From Nitrospirales bacterium (GTDB taxonomy: Bacteria; Nitrospirota; Nitrospiria; Nitrospirales; UBA8639): a DNA stretch of 64,000 bases. Both the position numbers and the translations under genes were made by a program. The notes beneath the pieces were generated by a model. It was not told the DNA's origin and ran no database searches. It worked only from the letters and a program-made list of their open reading frames with translations. The stretch's first letter is position 1; every line of letters starts with the position of its first letter. Positions 18,277-29,422 of the stretch are shown here, piece by piece. The stretch is taken from contig CBDBCZ010000019.1 in the NCBI GenBank assembly GCA_965203295.1, forward strand, positions 2,560,001 to 2,624,000. The letters are read 5' to 3'.

Positions 18277-19089
18277 GTGAAGGGTAAAGAATTCAACATT
18301 GAGCAATTTCATGTCACCGAACAGCCCTTTTACGAGGAGGTCAATGGCGAAATCGGGCTCGTCGAGATTGCAGCACAAACCCAGATGCCCGTGATGCTGA
18401 AGGGGCCAACTGGCAGTGGAAAAACTCGATTTGTGCAGTTCATGGCCCATCGGTTAGGACATCCGCTCATTACCGTGGCGTGTCATGAGGATCTGACCGC
18501 GTCGGACTTGGTGGGACGATACCTCCTGAAGGGAGAAGAAACGGTGTGGATAGATGGGCCGTTAACGCTCGGCGTCAAGAATGGGGCCATTGTGTATTTG
18601 GACGAAATAGTTGAGGCCAGAAAGGACACCACGGTCATCATTCATCCACTCAGTGATGATCGGCGAATGCTTCCCTTGGAAAAACGTGGCCAGATGATCG
18701 AAGCCGTCGATGAGTTTATGCTGGTGATATCATACAATCCGGGCTATCAAAGTGTGCTCAAAGATCTCAAGCAAAGCACCAAGCAACGATTCATGGCTAT
18801 CGAGTTCACCTATCCCCCTATGGAGATCGAAACACGTATTATAGAACATGAAGCACGAATTGATAGAGAAACCGCCCAGCGTCTTGTCAAGCTTGGTAGC
18901 AAGGTCAGAAATTTGAGGAGTCATGGGCTTGAAGAAGGCGTGAGTACGCGTCTGCTCATTTACGCGGGTTCCCTTATTCAAAAAGGTGTTTCCCCTGAGC
19001 GGGCCTGTGAGGCCGCGATCACTCGACCCATTACGGATGATGCGGACATGCATCGAAGTATTCAAGAACTCGTCAAGGCTATTTTCTAA
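18277..19089 (+). CDS. CbbQ/NirQ/NorQ family MoxR AAA+ ATPase
   Basis: [52 protein letters not shown] and STRLLIYA motifs. GTG 18277 preferred. Confidence 0.92.
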   Translation: MKGKEFNIEQFHVTEQPFYEEVNGEIGLVEIAAQTQMPVMLKGPTGSGKTRFVQFMAHRLGHPLITVACHEDLTASDLVGRYLLKGEETVWIDGPLTLGVKNGAIVYLDEIVEARKDTTVIIHPLSDDRRMLPLEKRGQMIEAVDEFMLVISYNPGYQSVLKDLKQSTKQRFMAIEFTYPPMEIETRIIEHEARIDRETAQRLVKLGSKVRNLRSHGLEEGVSTRLLIYAGSLIQKGVSPERACEAAITRPITDDADMHRSIQELVKAIF

Positions 19090-19117
19090 TTTCGTTGAAT
19101 CGAGAAAAGGACGTCCT

Positions 19118-19549
19118 GTGAAAAGGTGGATTGCAGGGATGTTGGCTGGGGTGATTCTCACGTTGACCGGATGTGGCAACCTGTTTCATCCACAAGCCCA
19201 GGAATATCTCGAACAGGCCAAAGGGCCGACAGCAGTTGACACCGCACTCTCTCTGACGCGAATGATGCAAGAAAGTATTCAGCAGGCCATGATCGATCCT
19301 GAGAGTACCGAAGCCTTGGATAGGTTGCATAACCAATTCCATGCTTTGCATGAGGTCTTCTGTCAATTTCCTGAAGGCCAAAGATCCCAAACGGCTTATA
19401 TCCATGCGGCAACTCTTCAAAAGGAAATGCGAACCGTGTTTCATCGGCTTTGGAAATATCGGGAAGACCCTGTTCTCCGCAATCTTCACCTCGGCCTTTT
19501 TGCCGCACGACTTCGGGAGTTTCAATTAGCTCTTCAAGGGCTCTCATAG
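19118..19549 (+). CDS. Hypothetical His-rich helical lipoprotein
   Basis: GTG start after AAGGA. Signal peptide with lipobox LTGC. Confidence 0.7.
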   Translation: MKRWIAGMLAGVILTLTGCGNLFHPQAQEYLEQAKGPTAVDTALSLTRMMQESIQQAMIDPESTEALDRLHNQFHALHEVFCQFPEGQRSQTAYIHAATLQKEMRTVFHRLWKYREDPVLRNLHLGLFAARLREFQLALQGLS

Positions 19550-19621
19550 GTTGATTGCTCCTTCAGCAGTTTCATTCCTATACAGAGCTGCGTTTCTTTC
19601 TTAACAGGAGAGCAAAACAGC

Positions 19622-20500
19622 ATGCCAGAACCGCATAACATTATCGCCATCGTCTATGATTTCGATCACACACTCAGCCCACATTATATGCAAAACCACA
19701 CCATTCTTCGGCAAGCCCGGATCGATCCCAAAGAATTCTGGCTAAGCTGTACGGCTCTGATTAAAGAAAAAGGGTATGACCAAGAATTGGCGTATATGAA
19801 ACGCATGCTTGAGCATGAATCAATCAAAACCCTGTCCAATCAAGACTTGCAGAAGATGGGGGCTGATCTCACCTTTTTCCCCGGTGTCCCAGATGTCTTT
19901 GCGGAATTGAATGCCATCGTTGAGCAACCGACGTATAGAGAATGGGACATTCATTTGGAGCATTATGTGGTGAGTTCAGGACTCAAAGCCATTTTAGATG
20001 GCAGTGAAATTGCGAAGTGGACGAAGGCGATGTGGGGTTGCGAGTTTGATGAAGAAGGTGGGCATATCAGTTTTCCCAAACGAACCATCAGTCACACGCA
20101 AAAAACACAATACCTGTTTCGGGTAAACAAAAATCTGCTCAATATGGATCAAGATGTGAACGATCATATGCCAGAGGAAGCGCGGCGTGTTCCTTTTCGG
20201 AATATGATCTATTTGGGAGATGGCCCGACCGATGTTCCCTGTTTTACGGTCATTAAGAAAAACGGAGGGTTAGCCATCGCGGTCTACAATCAGGACGATC
20301 TCAGCCGTCAGTCGTTTAAAAAGTGTTACGATCTCGTCCGGCGTGCTGAGCGAGTTCACTTCATGGCTCCCGCTGACTATCAGAAAGGGAGCCCGCTTCG
20401 ACTGATTCTCGAACAACACCTTACAGAACTTGCTGACAGCATGGTGGAACGACGTCGACAAGGCATTGAAGAGACTCGTGTGCCTGCCCCGATGCCATAG
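19622..20500 (+). CDS. HAD-like hydrolase
   Basis: YDFDHTL motif I, VVSSG, K and YLGDGPTD. Confidence 0.85.
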   Translation: MPEPHNIIAIVYDFDHTLSPHYMQNHTILRQARIDPKEFWLSCTALIKEKGYDQELAYMKRMLEHESIKTLSNQDLQKMGADLTFFPGVPDVFAELNAIVEQPTYREWDIHLEHYVVSSGLKAILDGSEIAKWTKAMWGCEFDEEGGHISFPKRTISHTQKTQYLFRVNKNLLNMDQDVNDHMPEEARRVPFRNMIYLGDGPTDVPCFTVIKKNGGLAIAVYNQDDLSRQSFKKCYDLVRRAERVHFMAPADYQKGSPLRLILEQHLTELADSMVERRRQGIEETRVPAPMP

Positions 20501-20665
20501 GACTGGTGTCTACTTTCAACTTGATTTTCAGCCATTGTTTCAATGTCCAGGCTTGAGAAAACCTCATTATTCTGTCCACCTAGAGCATGTATTGCACATC
20601 CTGTCGTGAGAGGGGTAAGCTAATCTAAGGTGAATCTCAAGATACCCTATGTGAAGAGGTGACTT

Positions 20666-21313
20666 ATGAGAAATCGTAGTCGCATTTCAACGATCAAACG
20701 TGGGAGGCAGCAACATTGGGCCTGCACTATACTCTTTGTCGGAGCCGTGGGTCTGTTATCAACAACTATCATGGTGACGTTTGCATCTGGCGGCATGCTC
20801 GACGCCAAGCCAGCAAACACGATTGACCTTTCCAAAGAAAGTGGTGATGGGGAAGGCTTAGTCATCGATCAGACAAACTGGACCTCACCACAATCATCGT
20901 TTAAATGGGTCGCAATGGCCCGAGGCTATGAGGTCCCGTGGGATTCGGTTGGACGGACCGGCTGGCTCACTGATGATGCCTATGTTAGTCCTGTTGATCC
21001 AGGGGTCTCGGAATTTTCGTCATACACGGAAGCTATTTACATCGTGTTTGCGGTCTCCGCCCTCGATGCCCCATCCCAATTTCGAGCGGCATGGTATCAC
21101 TTGCCTGACGGGAAAACCCGATCTAACAAACCTGATGGGACCGATGCTCTGTTTCTGGAGATGAATGAAAAGTCTGGATACTTAGAAATCTACCAGCCTG
21201 AGGGCGGGTGGGAAAAAGGTAAGTATTTGGTCCGTCTCTTTTTTGAAAGCCCGGGGCAAGAACTCTACGATCCCAATGTCGTTGGGATCATGGCCTTTAC
21301 CATAATCGACTAG
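20666..21313 (+). CDS. Hypothetical exported/membrane-anchored beta-sandwich protein
   Basis: N-terminal hydrophobic segment. GWEKGKYLVRL resembles an Ig-like C-terminus. Confidence 0.65.
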   Translation: MRNRSRISTIKRGRQQHWACTILFVGAVGLLSTTIMVTFASGGMLDAKPANTIDLSKESGDGEGLVIDQTNWTSPQSSFKWVAMARGYEVPWDSVGRTGWLTDDAYVSPVDPGVSEFSSYTEAIYIVFAVSALDAPSQFRAAWYHLPDGKTRSNKPDGTDALFLEMNEKSGYLEIYQPEGGWEKGKYLVRLFFESPGQELYDPNVVGIMAFTIID

Positions 21314-21603
21314 CCATCTAGTGGGGAAGAACTTGCTGACCATACCAAACGACTCTTCGCGGGTCGTCCTTCCCTAAACCAGACCGGATGACAAGAGAGT
21401 CTGTCGCGAAGCATCCTTCACGATAAGAAGATTTCTTTATCAATATCCCCAAAGAACCTCATCCATTCAAGGATGAAATCCTTTACATTTCAATCTCAGC
21501 TCGTGAGATCCAGATCATCTCAACAATAGACGAAACATCGACAGGAAAAGCCCAAACCAAAGCTGACCAGATTAAAACTATTGTACCTGTAAGGCTGGAA
21601 AAT

Positions 21604-23232
21604 TTAAGAGTTTGGGCTGGTGGCAGTTTCGGAAACAGATCGGACGTGCTTCGATTGATTGGATCGTATGAGGTCTTCCAGCGTGAGGAGAGTTCCACGT
21701 CCAGAGTTGGCCTCGAGTCCGTGAGTCAAATTTTCGTCCGCGTACGTGTGACCATGCTGTTGTGTGGCACTTTGACTCAGGCTGCCTGACCATGGACGGG
21801 GATCACGGCTCCCATGCTTCTGGCTCCAGGCACTCAAACAGGCTTTGGCGATGAGTTTGTTCATCGGAGCTGGATTATAAAGCAATTTTTTGACGTTCCA
21901 GGGCGCCAAACTTAAGGGATTGTAACCCGCTGAGAGGTAGCCTTCAGACAGCAGCTTCTGTTCCAAGTCCGTATTGGGCTGAACTCCGAGGAAGAACATG
22001 AGAGGGAACACGCGATCTTCTCCAAGAATGGAGGCTACCATTTTATAGGATTCAATACTTTGGAGCAGGCTCTCTTCGGTCTCTTCCGGCGAATTGAGTG
22101 AGTAGTTCAGAATCACACGGCCTTTGAAGCCAGCCTCGCACAAGTACCGACAGCCGTCATAGAGATGTTCGAGCTTGAAACCCATGTGCAGACTGTTGAG
22201 CACTTTTTGGGATCCGGCTGTAATGGCCACTTCTAAATCTCCCACACCCGATTTGACCATGAGTTTGGCCAGATCTGGGTTGATCAGTGACGTTCGAATG
22301 TAACCAGACCATTCGATTTCTAATCCCTCGGAGATGATCCGTTCCAAGATTTCCGTACACTGGGGATAGGCCTCTTTACCCGTGATAAACTGGGCGTCGG
22401 TAAACCAAAAGCGTCGTGCTCCCCATTGGTGGTAGTACTGAGAGATATCTTTGGCCACGTTTTCGGGGGGCCGGTAACGCACACGCTTGCCTTCGATGTA
22501 CGGATAGAGACAAAAGGCGCAATCATATGGACAACCCCGTTTGCTCTGAACGCCGATACATTCCCCAACATATTCCTTGTACTGGGGAAAAATCGAGGTG
22601 AGATAGGGCAGATCCACAGTGAGTGAATCCAAAAGGGCTGGGATATGTTTGGTGCCTTTCGTGACCTTGCCATTTTCTCTGATGATAAAACGCTCATCGA
22701 CAAGTGATTCTCCGTTCAAAACCTTAAGGATGGCATCTTCCCCCTCTCCAAGAATTCCGATTGTCCCCTCGGGAAGTTTTTCGATCAGTTGATCCGCGAA
22801 TGCCGTAAACGCCCCACCACCGATCATGATGCGTGAGTGGCGAAATTCCTTACGGATCAGCCATGGGTAGGAGAGGTTCAGGCGAATATCTTGGTAATAG
22901 CGGTAAAGGTTATGCAGACCTTGGAAGGAAGCCATGATTCGCTTCAAGGGATTGCTGGCATAATAAAAATTGAATGCGTGTTCCAAGGAGGTATCGCCTT
23001 CATGGGGCGAGAAAATTTGAATGTCCCGCCAGGAAAAACACACCAGATCGGGCTTGAATGAGGCTGCGGTCTTGCGAAGAACCTTGGATCGCTCGTGCTG
23101 AGGATACAGAGAAAGGTCTAAGATGTGCTGACGAACTTCTGGACACCGACGATGAATAAAGTCAGCGAGGTACGTGATCCCTGTCGGATAAACTTTTTTA
23201 CATGGGAGAAAGACATAGAGAAGAGAATTCAT
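21604..23232 (-). CDS. Cobalamin-binding radical SAM protein (Slr0320 / PSII high-light acclimation rSAM-like family)
   Basis: LYVFLPCKKVYPTGITYLAD, FSWRDIQIF, KRGCPYDCAFC, FWFTDAQF and WSGYIR motifs. Starts 6 nt after the ubiE stop. Confidence 0.8.
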   Translation of the reverse strand: MNSLLYVFLPCKKVYPTGITYLADFIHRRCPEVRQHILDLSLYPQHERSKVLRKTAASFKPDLVCFSWRDIQIFSPHEGDTSLEHAFNFYYASNPLKRIMASFQGLHNLYRYYQDIRLNLSYPWLIRKEFRHSRIMIGGGAFTAFADQLIEKLPEGTIGILGEGEDAILKVLNGESLVDERFIIRENGKVTKGTKHIPALLDSLTVDLPYLTSIFPQYKEYVGECIGVQSKRGCPYDCAFCLYPYIEGKRVRYRPPENVAKDISQYYHQWGARRFWFTDAQFITGKEAYPQCTEILERIISEGLEIEWSGYIRTSLINPDLAKLMVKSGVGDLEVAITAGSQKVLNSLHMGFKLEHLYDGCRYLCEAGFKGRVILNYSLNSPEETEESLLQSIESYKMVASILGEDRVFPLMFFLGVQPNTDLEQKLLSEGYLSAGYNPLSLAPWNVKKLLYNPAPMNKLIAKACLSAWSQKHGSRDPRPWSGSLSQSATQQHGHTYADENLTHGLEANSGRGTLLTLEDLIRSNQSKHVRSVSETATSPNS

Positions 23233-23238
23233 AGCCTG

Positions 23239-24006
23239 TTACTTCACGGCCACGTGAATCGCAACAATGCCGCCGTTGTGATTGCGATATTCCACATGTC
23301 GGAATCCTGCTTGGGTGAGCAACGCGACAAGCCGTTCTTGATCGGGAAATATGCGGATGGAAGCCGGCAGGTAATGATACACATCCGTGTGATCCCGTGC
23401 GACTTTCGTTCCAATCCACGGGAGAAGGTGAAAGGAATACCAGTCATAAAGAGCTCGCAACCATCCATAAATCGGGCGCGAGAATTCCAAACAGACGAAT
23501 CGCCCCCTCAGCTTGAGTACACGGTAAATTTCTAAAAAGGCTTGCTCAATATTCCCTACATTTCTGATGCAAAACCCAGCTGTGACCGCGTCAAAAGAAT
23601 CGTCTTGAAATGTTAATCGTTCGGCATTTCCTTGAAGACAAGATATCCGGGAAGATAAATCGTTCTTATGGACTTTGACTAACCCTTCTTTCAACATGGC
23701 CAAATTCAAATCCATGGCTGCCACCACTCCATCCTGACCCATTCGCTGATCCAACAAAATCGCGAGATCCCCGGTCCCGGCACCCAAGTCCAAGACTCTT
23801 CCTCCAGACATAGATGGAACCCAGTCTGCTGCAAGGCGTTTCCATCGATGGTGTAACCCGAAACTGAGAAGGGAATTATTGAGATCGTAAAACGGAGCAA
23901 TGGCCGTGAACATCCCCTGGACAGCCTTCTCTCGAGGCGTGCCTGACCATTCCGACACGGCTTTTCCCGAAGGGGCTTCGATTGTCTTTCTCGCGGATTG
24001 TAGCAT
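23239..24006 (-). CDS. ubiE: UbiE/MenG family quinone C-methyltransferase
   Basis: MFTAIAPFYDLNNSLLSFGLHHRWK, LDLGAGTGD, GFCIRNV, LEFSRP and YLPASI motifs. ATG 24006 preferred. Confidence 0.9.
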   Translation of the reverse strand: MLQSARKTIEAPSGKAVSEWSGTPREKAVQGMFTAIAPFYDLNNSLLSFGLHHRWKRLAADWVPSMSGGRVLDLGAGTGDLAILLDQRMGQDGVVAAMDLNLAMLKEGLVKVHKNDLSSRISCLQGNAERLTFQDDSFDAVTAGFCIRNVGNIEQAFLEIYRVLKLRGRFVCLEFSRPIYGWLRALYDWYSFHLLPWIGTKVARDHTDVYHYLPASIRIFPDQERLVALLTQAGFRHVEYRNHNGGIVAIHVAVK

Positions 24007-24230
24007 TGAAAGGAGGTAGCATTGGCCTGATTCGTTTGTCAAGGAATATGTTCCGTTCCCATTTCTCCGTAGGGCAGACGCCTTTCCGTGGGAAGTGGAG
24101 TTCTTGGAGATATTTCGTATTTCAACATTCTTGAGGCAGGGTCTGCTGGATTTGCCCACTGAGCCGCTTTGAAGCATTCAACGGTACGTCTTTGACTTCA
24201 ATCGAATGACAAGAGGGATCGTGAATGGGT

Positions 24231-25235
24231 TTAGAGAAACAAATCCTTTGTTTTTCCAAAATATTGGAAGGCCTTAGTCGTGGCCTGCCTCCCACGAGCC
24301 GTACGATCCAAATACCCGGCTTGGATAAGGAAGGGTTCATATAAATCTTCAAGCGTTGCTTTTTCTTCTTGGACGGCCGCAGCCAGCGCATCAACTCCCA
24401 CTGGTCCTCCATGAAATTTATCCAGGATGGTGAGAAGAATCTTGCGATCCATTTCATCGAATCCAGCCGAATCCACTCCTAACCACTCGAGTGCATCTTG
24501 GGCGACCTGTCGTATGATGACCCCTTCAGCTTTGACCTCGGCAAAATCTCTGACTCGCTTGATCAGTCGGTTCGCAATGCGTGGGGTCCCACGGGCACGA
24601 TAAGCAATTTCTTGGGCACCCTCTGGTTCTATGACAATGTTGAGCAACTTGGCTGATCTAGTTACGATGATGGCGAGGTCGTTTGGATCATAGAAATCTA
24701 ACCGGTACACAAGCCCGAACCGTTCTCGCAATGGTGACGTAAGGGATCCTGCCCGGGTCGTGGCGCCCACCAATGTAAAAGGAGGCAAGTCCAGTTTCAT
24801 CGTCCGTATCGAGGGACCTTGGCCAATAACCAGATCAATCTGGAAATCTTCCATGGCTGGATACAGGGCTTCCTCCACCGCTGGAGAGAGTCGATGGATT
24901 TCGTCGATAAAGAGTACATCTCGCGGTTGAAGATTCGTCAGGATCGCCGCTAAATCGCCAGCATGGGTAAGAACCAACCCTGAAGTTGGGTGAATGGTTC
25001 CTCCCATTTCCCTGGCGATGATATGGGCAATGGTTGTCTTCCCAAGACCTGGTGGGCCATAAAAAATGGCATGATCTAATGCCTCTTCACGACGGGTGGC
25101 AGCCTCCATGCAAACCCGAAGATTTTCCTTCATGCGACTCTGCCCGATGAATTCCTCCAATGATTGAGGACGGAGGGTTTTTTCGACAGCCTGATCTTCA
25201 TCCAAGAAATAATTGGTAACGAAACGATCATTCAT
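24231..25235 (-). CDS. ruvB: Holliday junction branch migration helicase RuvB
   Basis: [45 protein letters not shown] and GGPVG motifs. Confidence 0.98.
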   Translation of the reverse strand: MNDRFVTNYFLDEDQAVEKTLRPQSLEEFIGQSRMKENLRVCMEAATRREEALDHAIFYGPPGLGKTTIAHIIAREMGGTIHPTSGLVLTHAGDLAAILTNLQPRDVLFIDEIHRLSPAVEEALYPAMEDFQIDLVIGQGPSIRTMKLDLPPFTLVGATTRAGSLTSPLRERFGLVYRLDFYDPNDLAIIVTRSAKLLNIVIEPEGAQEIAYRARGTPRIANRLIKRVRDFAEVKAEGVIIRQVAQDALEWLGVDSAGFDEMDRKILLTILDKFHGGPVGVDALAAAVQEEKATLEDLYEPFLIQAGYLDRTARGRQATTKAFQYFGKTKDLFL

Positions 25236-25418
25236 CGAGGGAAAATACTCCCAGAAGGAACAGGACCTATCATGAAAGGAACCTACGTGACCCCAGTACG
25301 GTTTTCAACAGGCCTTTGACGCGAAAAAGGGAAATGGAAGAGATGAGTTGGTTGAGAGGCACAGCATCCATCCCAACCTCAGCAAGATAAGATATTTGGT
25401 GAAAATGAGAGAGGGTCC

Positions 25419-25937
25419 CTACTCAAACTCGACGTTAATGTCCCGCCCTAAATAGTTCACGAGAAATCCTTGTTCTTCGTAATGGAGCATCGCTCCCATG
25501 ACGTTTTCGTCTCCGAAATCTTCAGGTCCAAGCAGTTCGCGGATTTCTTTGGAGCTTTCTGATGTGAGGACTCGTCGAAAAATCCCACGAGTTTTATACG
25601 CAAAACGATTGTTGATAAAGATCAAATTGACCTTCCCATCGATGATCCTCACTCCAGCCATCGCTCCCTGAGGGTTGAGTTGATCCCAGAGAAGAATAAA
25701 TACCCCCTCCTGCTCTACTCGCACACCGGAAATTTTCTCATTGACCAATGTTTCGACTGCGTCAATCTCCGAATCCCCCAATTTAACTCCATAGAGGGAA
25801 ACTTCCTGGCTATTAATGTCTTGGGGATTTGTAACGTTATTTCTGGTCAGTTCGTATCTTTTTCCAAAAGCTCCTCCTCCAAACAGCAGGAAGACGAGAA
25901 TGACCAGACTAAGAATCCTTAGTATTTGTCGCGGCAT
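25419..25937 (-). CDS. Hypothetical exported protein
   Basis: GGAGG SD, signal peptide, and ELLGPED-type repeat-like motifs. Confidence 0.7.
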   Translation of the reverse strand: MPRQILRILSLVILVFLLFGGGAFGKRYELTRNNVTNPQDINSQEVSLYGVKLGDSEIDAVETLVNEKISGVRVEQEGVFILLWDQLNPQGAMAGVRIIDGKVNLIFINNRFAYKTRGIFRRVLTSESSKEIRELLGPEDFGDENVMGAMLHYEEQGFLVNYLGRDINVEFE

Positions 25938-26215
25938 GGGTTCCTCCGTAATAAGGAGACGGACTCAGGCATCGTGAGTTTTCTCTGCCCTCTCGTCACC
26001 CTTTAACCTCAGTAATAGATCTTAGATTGTAACCAACCATACTACACTGGTCAAATGAGTCATCAAGAAGAAATCATGTGTTCTCAGAAAGGTGCGCTGA
26101 AGTTTTTGCTTTGACCGGTCAAGGGAATCGGTTGGTGGACGTTGTCCGGTGTTTGCCCTCTCACAAGATCCCGATCCCTCATCGCATTGAGGTGTATGAT
26201 ATAATGTTTTCCCTT

Positions 26216-28726
26216 ATGAACCACACCATTCGCATAAAAGGTGCAAGGGAGCACAATCTCAAAAATCTTGATGTCCAACTGCCGCGTGACAAATTGGTGG
26301 TAATTACGGGACTCAGTGGTTCTGGTAAATCTTCGCTAGCTTTCGATACGATTTACGCCGAGGGCCAGCGTCGTTACGTCGAATCTCTCTCTGCCTATGC
26401 TCGGCAGTTTCTTGAGCAGATGGGAAAACCCGATGTGGATTCGATTGAGGGCCTTTCCCCTGCCATTTCTATCGAACAAAAGAATACCAGCCATAACCCC
26501 CGCTCGACGGTCGGCACCGTGACAGAAATCTATGATTATCTGCGCTTGTTGTTTGCCAGAACTGGTCGACCCTTTTGTTACGCTTGTGGTGAAGCCATTA
26601 CGGCTCAAACGGTGCAACAGATGGTGGATGGGATTTTGGAATTCCCCACGGGATCTAGGATTCAAATCCTGGCTCCCATTGTTCGTGGCCGAAAAGGTGA
26701 ATATCGAAAAGAACTGGCGGATGCCCGGCGTGCGGGGTACATCCGCGCTCGTGTTGATGGGAAAATCGTTGATTTAGCCGAACCTATTACCTTGGAGAAG
26801 CATCGCAAGCATACGATTGAACTCATTGTCGATCGGCTGATCGTCAAAGTCGAGGAAGACTTGAGTCGGCGACTGGCTGATTCTATTGAAACAGCATTGA
26901 GGCTGACCCATGGATTGGTTGGGGTGTTGAAGTCAAATGATCAAACACTGTTGTTTAGTGAGAATCTCGCCTGCATTCGGTGTGGAGTCAGTTATCCAGA
27001 AATGACTCCACGAATTTTTTCCTTTAACAGCCCTCATGGAGCATGTCCTGTCTGTGATGGAATTGGATTCTCTATCGCTTCAGGATGTCCTGAAATGGAG
27101 GATTTGACCCTTTTGGAACACTGCTCCGCATGTCAGGGGAGTAGGCTCAGACCGGAGAGCCTTGCCGTGAAACTTGCGGGAAAATCCATTTCGGAAGTGA
27201 CACAACTTTCCGTCCAGGAGGCTACCGACTTTTTCGAATATTTGGACCTGACGGAACGTGAGCATGTCATCGGTGATCGAATTTTGAAGGAGGTTCGAGA
27301 ACGTCTAGATTTCTTGATGAATGTCGGGCTTGACTACTTAACATTGGACCGTGCGGCTTCAACTCTTTCGGGGGGAGAAGGACAACGAATTCGTCTTGCT
27401 ACTCAGATTGGCTCCGGACTCGTTGGCGTGTTGTATATTCTCGATGAACCGAGTATTGGCCTTCACCATCGAGACAATCGACGACTTCTCCAGACGTTGC
27501 TACGCTTACGGGATATGGGGAACACTGTCCTTGTTGTCGAACATGATGAGGACACGATACTGGAAGCTGATCACATCGTGGATATGGGACCTGGGGCAGG
27601 AATTCATGGCGGACAGATTATTGCCCAAGGGTCTCCAGCTGATATTCGATCCAACCCGGATTCCTTAACCGGTCAGTACCTTCGTCGAGTGATGCAAATC
27701 ACCCTCCCGAACCGGGTCCGGACCCCCAAAGGCTATCTCACAGTCACTGGAGCGATCAAGCATAATTTGAAAGGGATTACAGCCCGATTTCCTCTCGGGC
27801 TCTTCACCTGTGTCACTGGAGTGTCGGGATCTGGGAAAAGCTCACTCATTTTGGAGGTCCTGTTTCATTCACTCGCCCAACTCCTTTACCAAAAAAATCC
27901 CAAGATTGACGGGTGTCAGACAATCCACGGTGCAGAGGCCTTGGATAAAGTCATTGACATTGATCAATCGCCCATTGGCCGAACCCCACGCTCCAATCCT
28001 GCCACATACACAAGGCTGTTTAGTCATATTCGGGATTTGTTTTCCAATCTACCGGAATCGCGGGTTCGTGGCTATAAACCTGGTCGGTATTCTTTCAACG
28101 TGAAAGGGGGACGATGTGAAGACTGCCAAGGAGATGGTCTCATTAAGATCGAAATGCATTTTCTCCCCGACGTCTACATCACATGTGAGGTGTGTAAAGG
28201 ACAACGCTATAATCGGGAAACCTTGGATGTTCAGCACAAGGGCAAGACCATTACCGACGTGCTCAATATGACTGTTGAAGAAGCATTAGCATTTTTTACT
28301 CATATTCCCCCCATCAAAAACAAACTCCAGACTCTCTTCGATGTGGGCCTGCATTACATCAAATTAGGGCAATCAGCGACGACCCTCTCCGGCGGTGAGG
28401 CTCAGCGCGTCAAACTATCGAGGGAGCTTTCCAAACGGGCGACTGGTCGTACGCTGTATATCCTGGATGAGCCGACAACGGGTCTTCATTTCGCGGATAT
28501 TCAAAGACTCCTTGATGTTCTCAACTGTCTGGTTGAGGCTGGGAATACCGTTATCGTCATTGAGCATAACCTTGATATCATTCGAAATGCCGACTGGATT
28601 TTGGACTTAGGTCCTGAGGGAGGGATCCGGGGAGGTGAACTCGTCGAGGAAGGGGCACCTGCCGATCTGATACGTTCGGGTTCTTCTTGGACTGCAGAAG
28701 TCTTAAGAGAGAATCATCGGGGCTGA
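26216..28726 (+). CDS. uvrA: Excinuclease ABC subunit A (short form lacking the insertion domain)
   Basis: [28 protein letters not shown] x2, GVSGSGKS and zinc fingers. ATG 26216 preferred. Confidence 0.97.
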   Translation: MNHTIRIKGAREHNLKNLDVQLPRDKLVVITGLSGSGKSSLAFDTIYAEGQRRYVESLSAYARQFLEQMGKPDVDSIEGLSPAISIEQKNTSHNPRSTVGTVTEIYDYLRLLFARTGRPFCYACGEAITAQTVQQMVDGILEFPTGSRIQILAPIVRGRKGEYRKELADARRAGYIRARVDGKIVDLAEPITLEKHRKHTIELIVDRLIVKVEEDLSRRLADSIETALRLTHGLVGVLKSNDQTLLFSENLACIRCGVSYPEMTPRIFSFNSPHGACPVCDGIGFSIASGCPEMEDLTLLEHCSACQGSRLRPESLAVKLAGKSISEVTQLSVQEATDFFEYLDLTEREHVIGDRILKEVRERLDFLMNVGLDYLTLDRAASTLSGGEGQRIRLATQIGSGLVGVLYILDEPSIGLHHRDNRRLLQTLLRLRDMGNTVLVVEHDEDTILEADHIVDMGPGAGIHGGQIIAQGSPADIRSNPDSLTGQYLRRVMQITLPNRVRTPKGYLTVTGAIKHNLKGITARFPLGLFTCVTGVSGSGKSSLILEVLFHSLAQLLYQKNPKIDGCQTIHGAEALDKVIDIDQSPIGRTPRSNPATYTRLFSHIRDLFSNLPESRVRGYKPGRYSFNVKGGRCEDCQGDGLIKIEMHFLPDVYITCEVCKGQRYNRETLDVQHKGKTITDVLNMTVEEALAFFTHIPPIKNKLQTLFDVGLHYIKLGQSATTLSGGEAQRVKLSRELSKRATGRTLYILDEPTTGLHFADIQRLLDVLNCLVEAGNTVIVIEHNLDIIRNADWILDLGPEGGIRGGELVEEGAPADLIRSGSSWTAEVLRENHRG

Positions 28727-28780
28727 GACCGGGAACACGGTATTTCCCTGGAAGCTTATCTTGGAAACGGTGTCTTTGTC

Positions 28781-28957
28781 CTATTTCTTTTTATAAATGT
28801 TCAACCCAATTTTCTCGTCACGCCCTGGAATCGTGATGTTCCCTTCCGTGGTCGCAATGATTGTTGTTTTACCTGAAGAAGACGGCCCGAATTCTTTGGA
28901 GAGATCCACTCGAATCGTGAGCATGGTGCCTTCTATGTTTATATCGACGTTTTTCAT
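28781..28957 (-). CDS. Small 58-aa protein MKNVDINIEGTMLTIRVDLSKEFGPSSSGKTTIIATTEGN... (not in ORF track)
   Basis: AGGAG SD, ATG 28957, TAG 28781. Resembles a small conserved bacterial hypothetical family I recognise only loosely. Confidence 0.8.
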   Translation of the reverse strand: MKNVDINIEGTMLTIRVDLSKEFGPSSSGKTTIIATTEGNITIPGRDEKIGLNIYKKK

Positions 28958-29089
28958 GTTTGCCTTTCTCCTTGATCCGACTCAATCGCTTTGCTTATTC
29001 GCACAACGATACATTCGTCATCACAATCCGTTCCCTTAAATCCCAATTCCTTCTAAATATGTTGACCCAACCTCTAAGGGTGAAGAACG

Positions 29090-29422
29090 TTATTGGAGAT
29101 TGACGAGGCCGAGTAAAGCGAGGGTCCCGGCCATATACGGAAGCAGACAAAAATAAAAAATGACCTTGAGGTGACTTGTCCCAATCATCGGAGCACGGGC
29201 TCGCTGCTCTTTGTAGACAAACTCATAAGAAAGGATGATCACGGCAAGCGTTAAGATGATCACTCTACTGGCTCTGGGCCAGGTATAAAGCCCACTTAAC
29301 AAAAAATCCATGGTAAAAAACCCACTCCAAAACAAGACCAGCGATGCAATGCCAGTTTGCAACACATGTGACAAGAAAGAAGGGCTGACCTTAGCCGCTT
29401 GCACCTCAGCCTCTGAACTCAT
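29090..29422 (-). CDS. Hypothetical membrane protein (3 TM)
   Basis: Three hydrophobic segments. ATGA overlap with the upstream zinc-finger gene. Confidence 0.75.
   Translation of the reverse strand: MSSEAEVQAAKVSPSFLSHVLQTGIASLVLFWSGFFTMDFLLSGLYTWPRASRVIILTLAVIILSYEFVYKEQRARAPMIGTSHLKVIFYFCLLPYMAGTLALLGLVNLQ

Noticed and set aside
18277..19089. cbbQ as evidence of the Calvin cycle or denitrification
   Set aside because: No rbcL, cbbO or nor genes are in the window.
21314..21603. Possible degraded gene between convergent ORFs
   Set aside because: No recognisable motif, and the overlapping ORFs look spurious.
25300..25316. GTTTTCAACAGGCC resembling a MITE/IS end
   Set aside because: It is a short single match with no partner TIR or core sequence.
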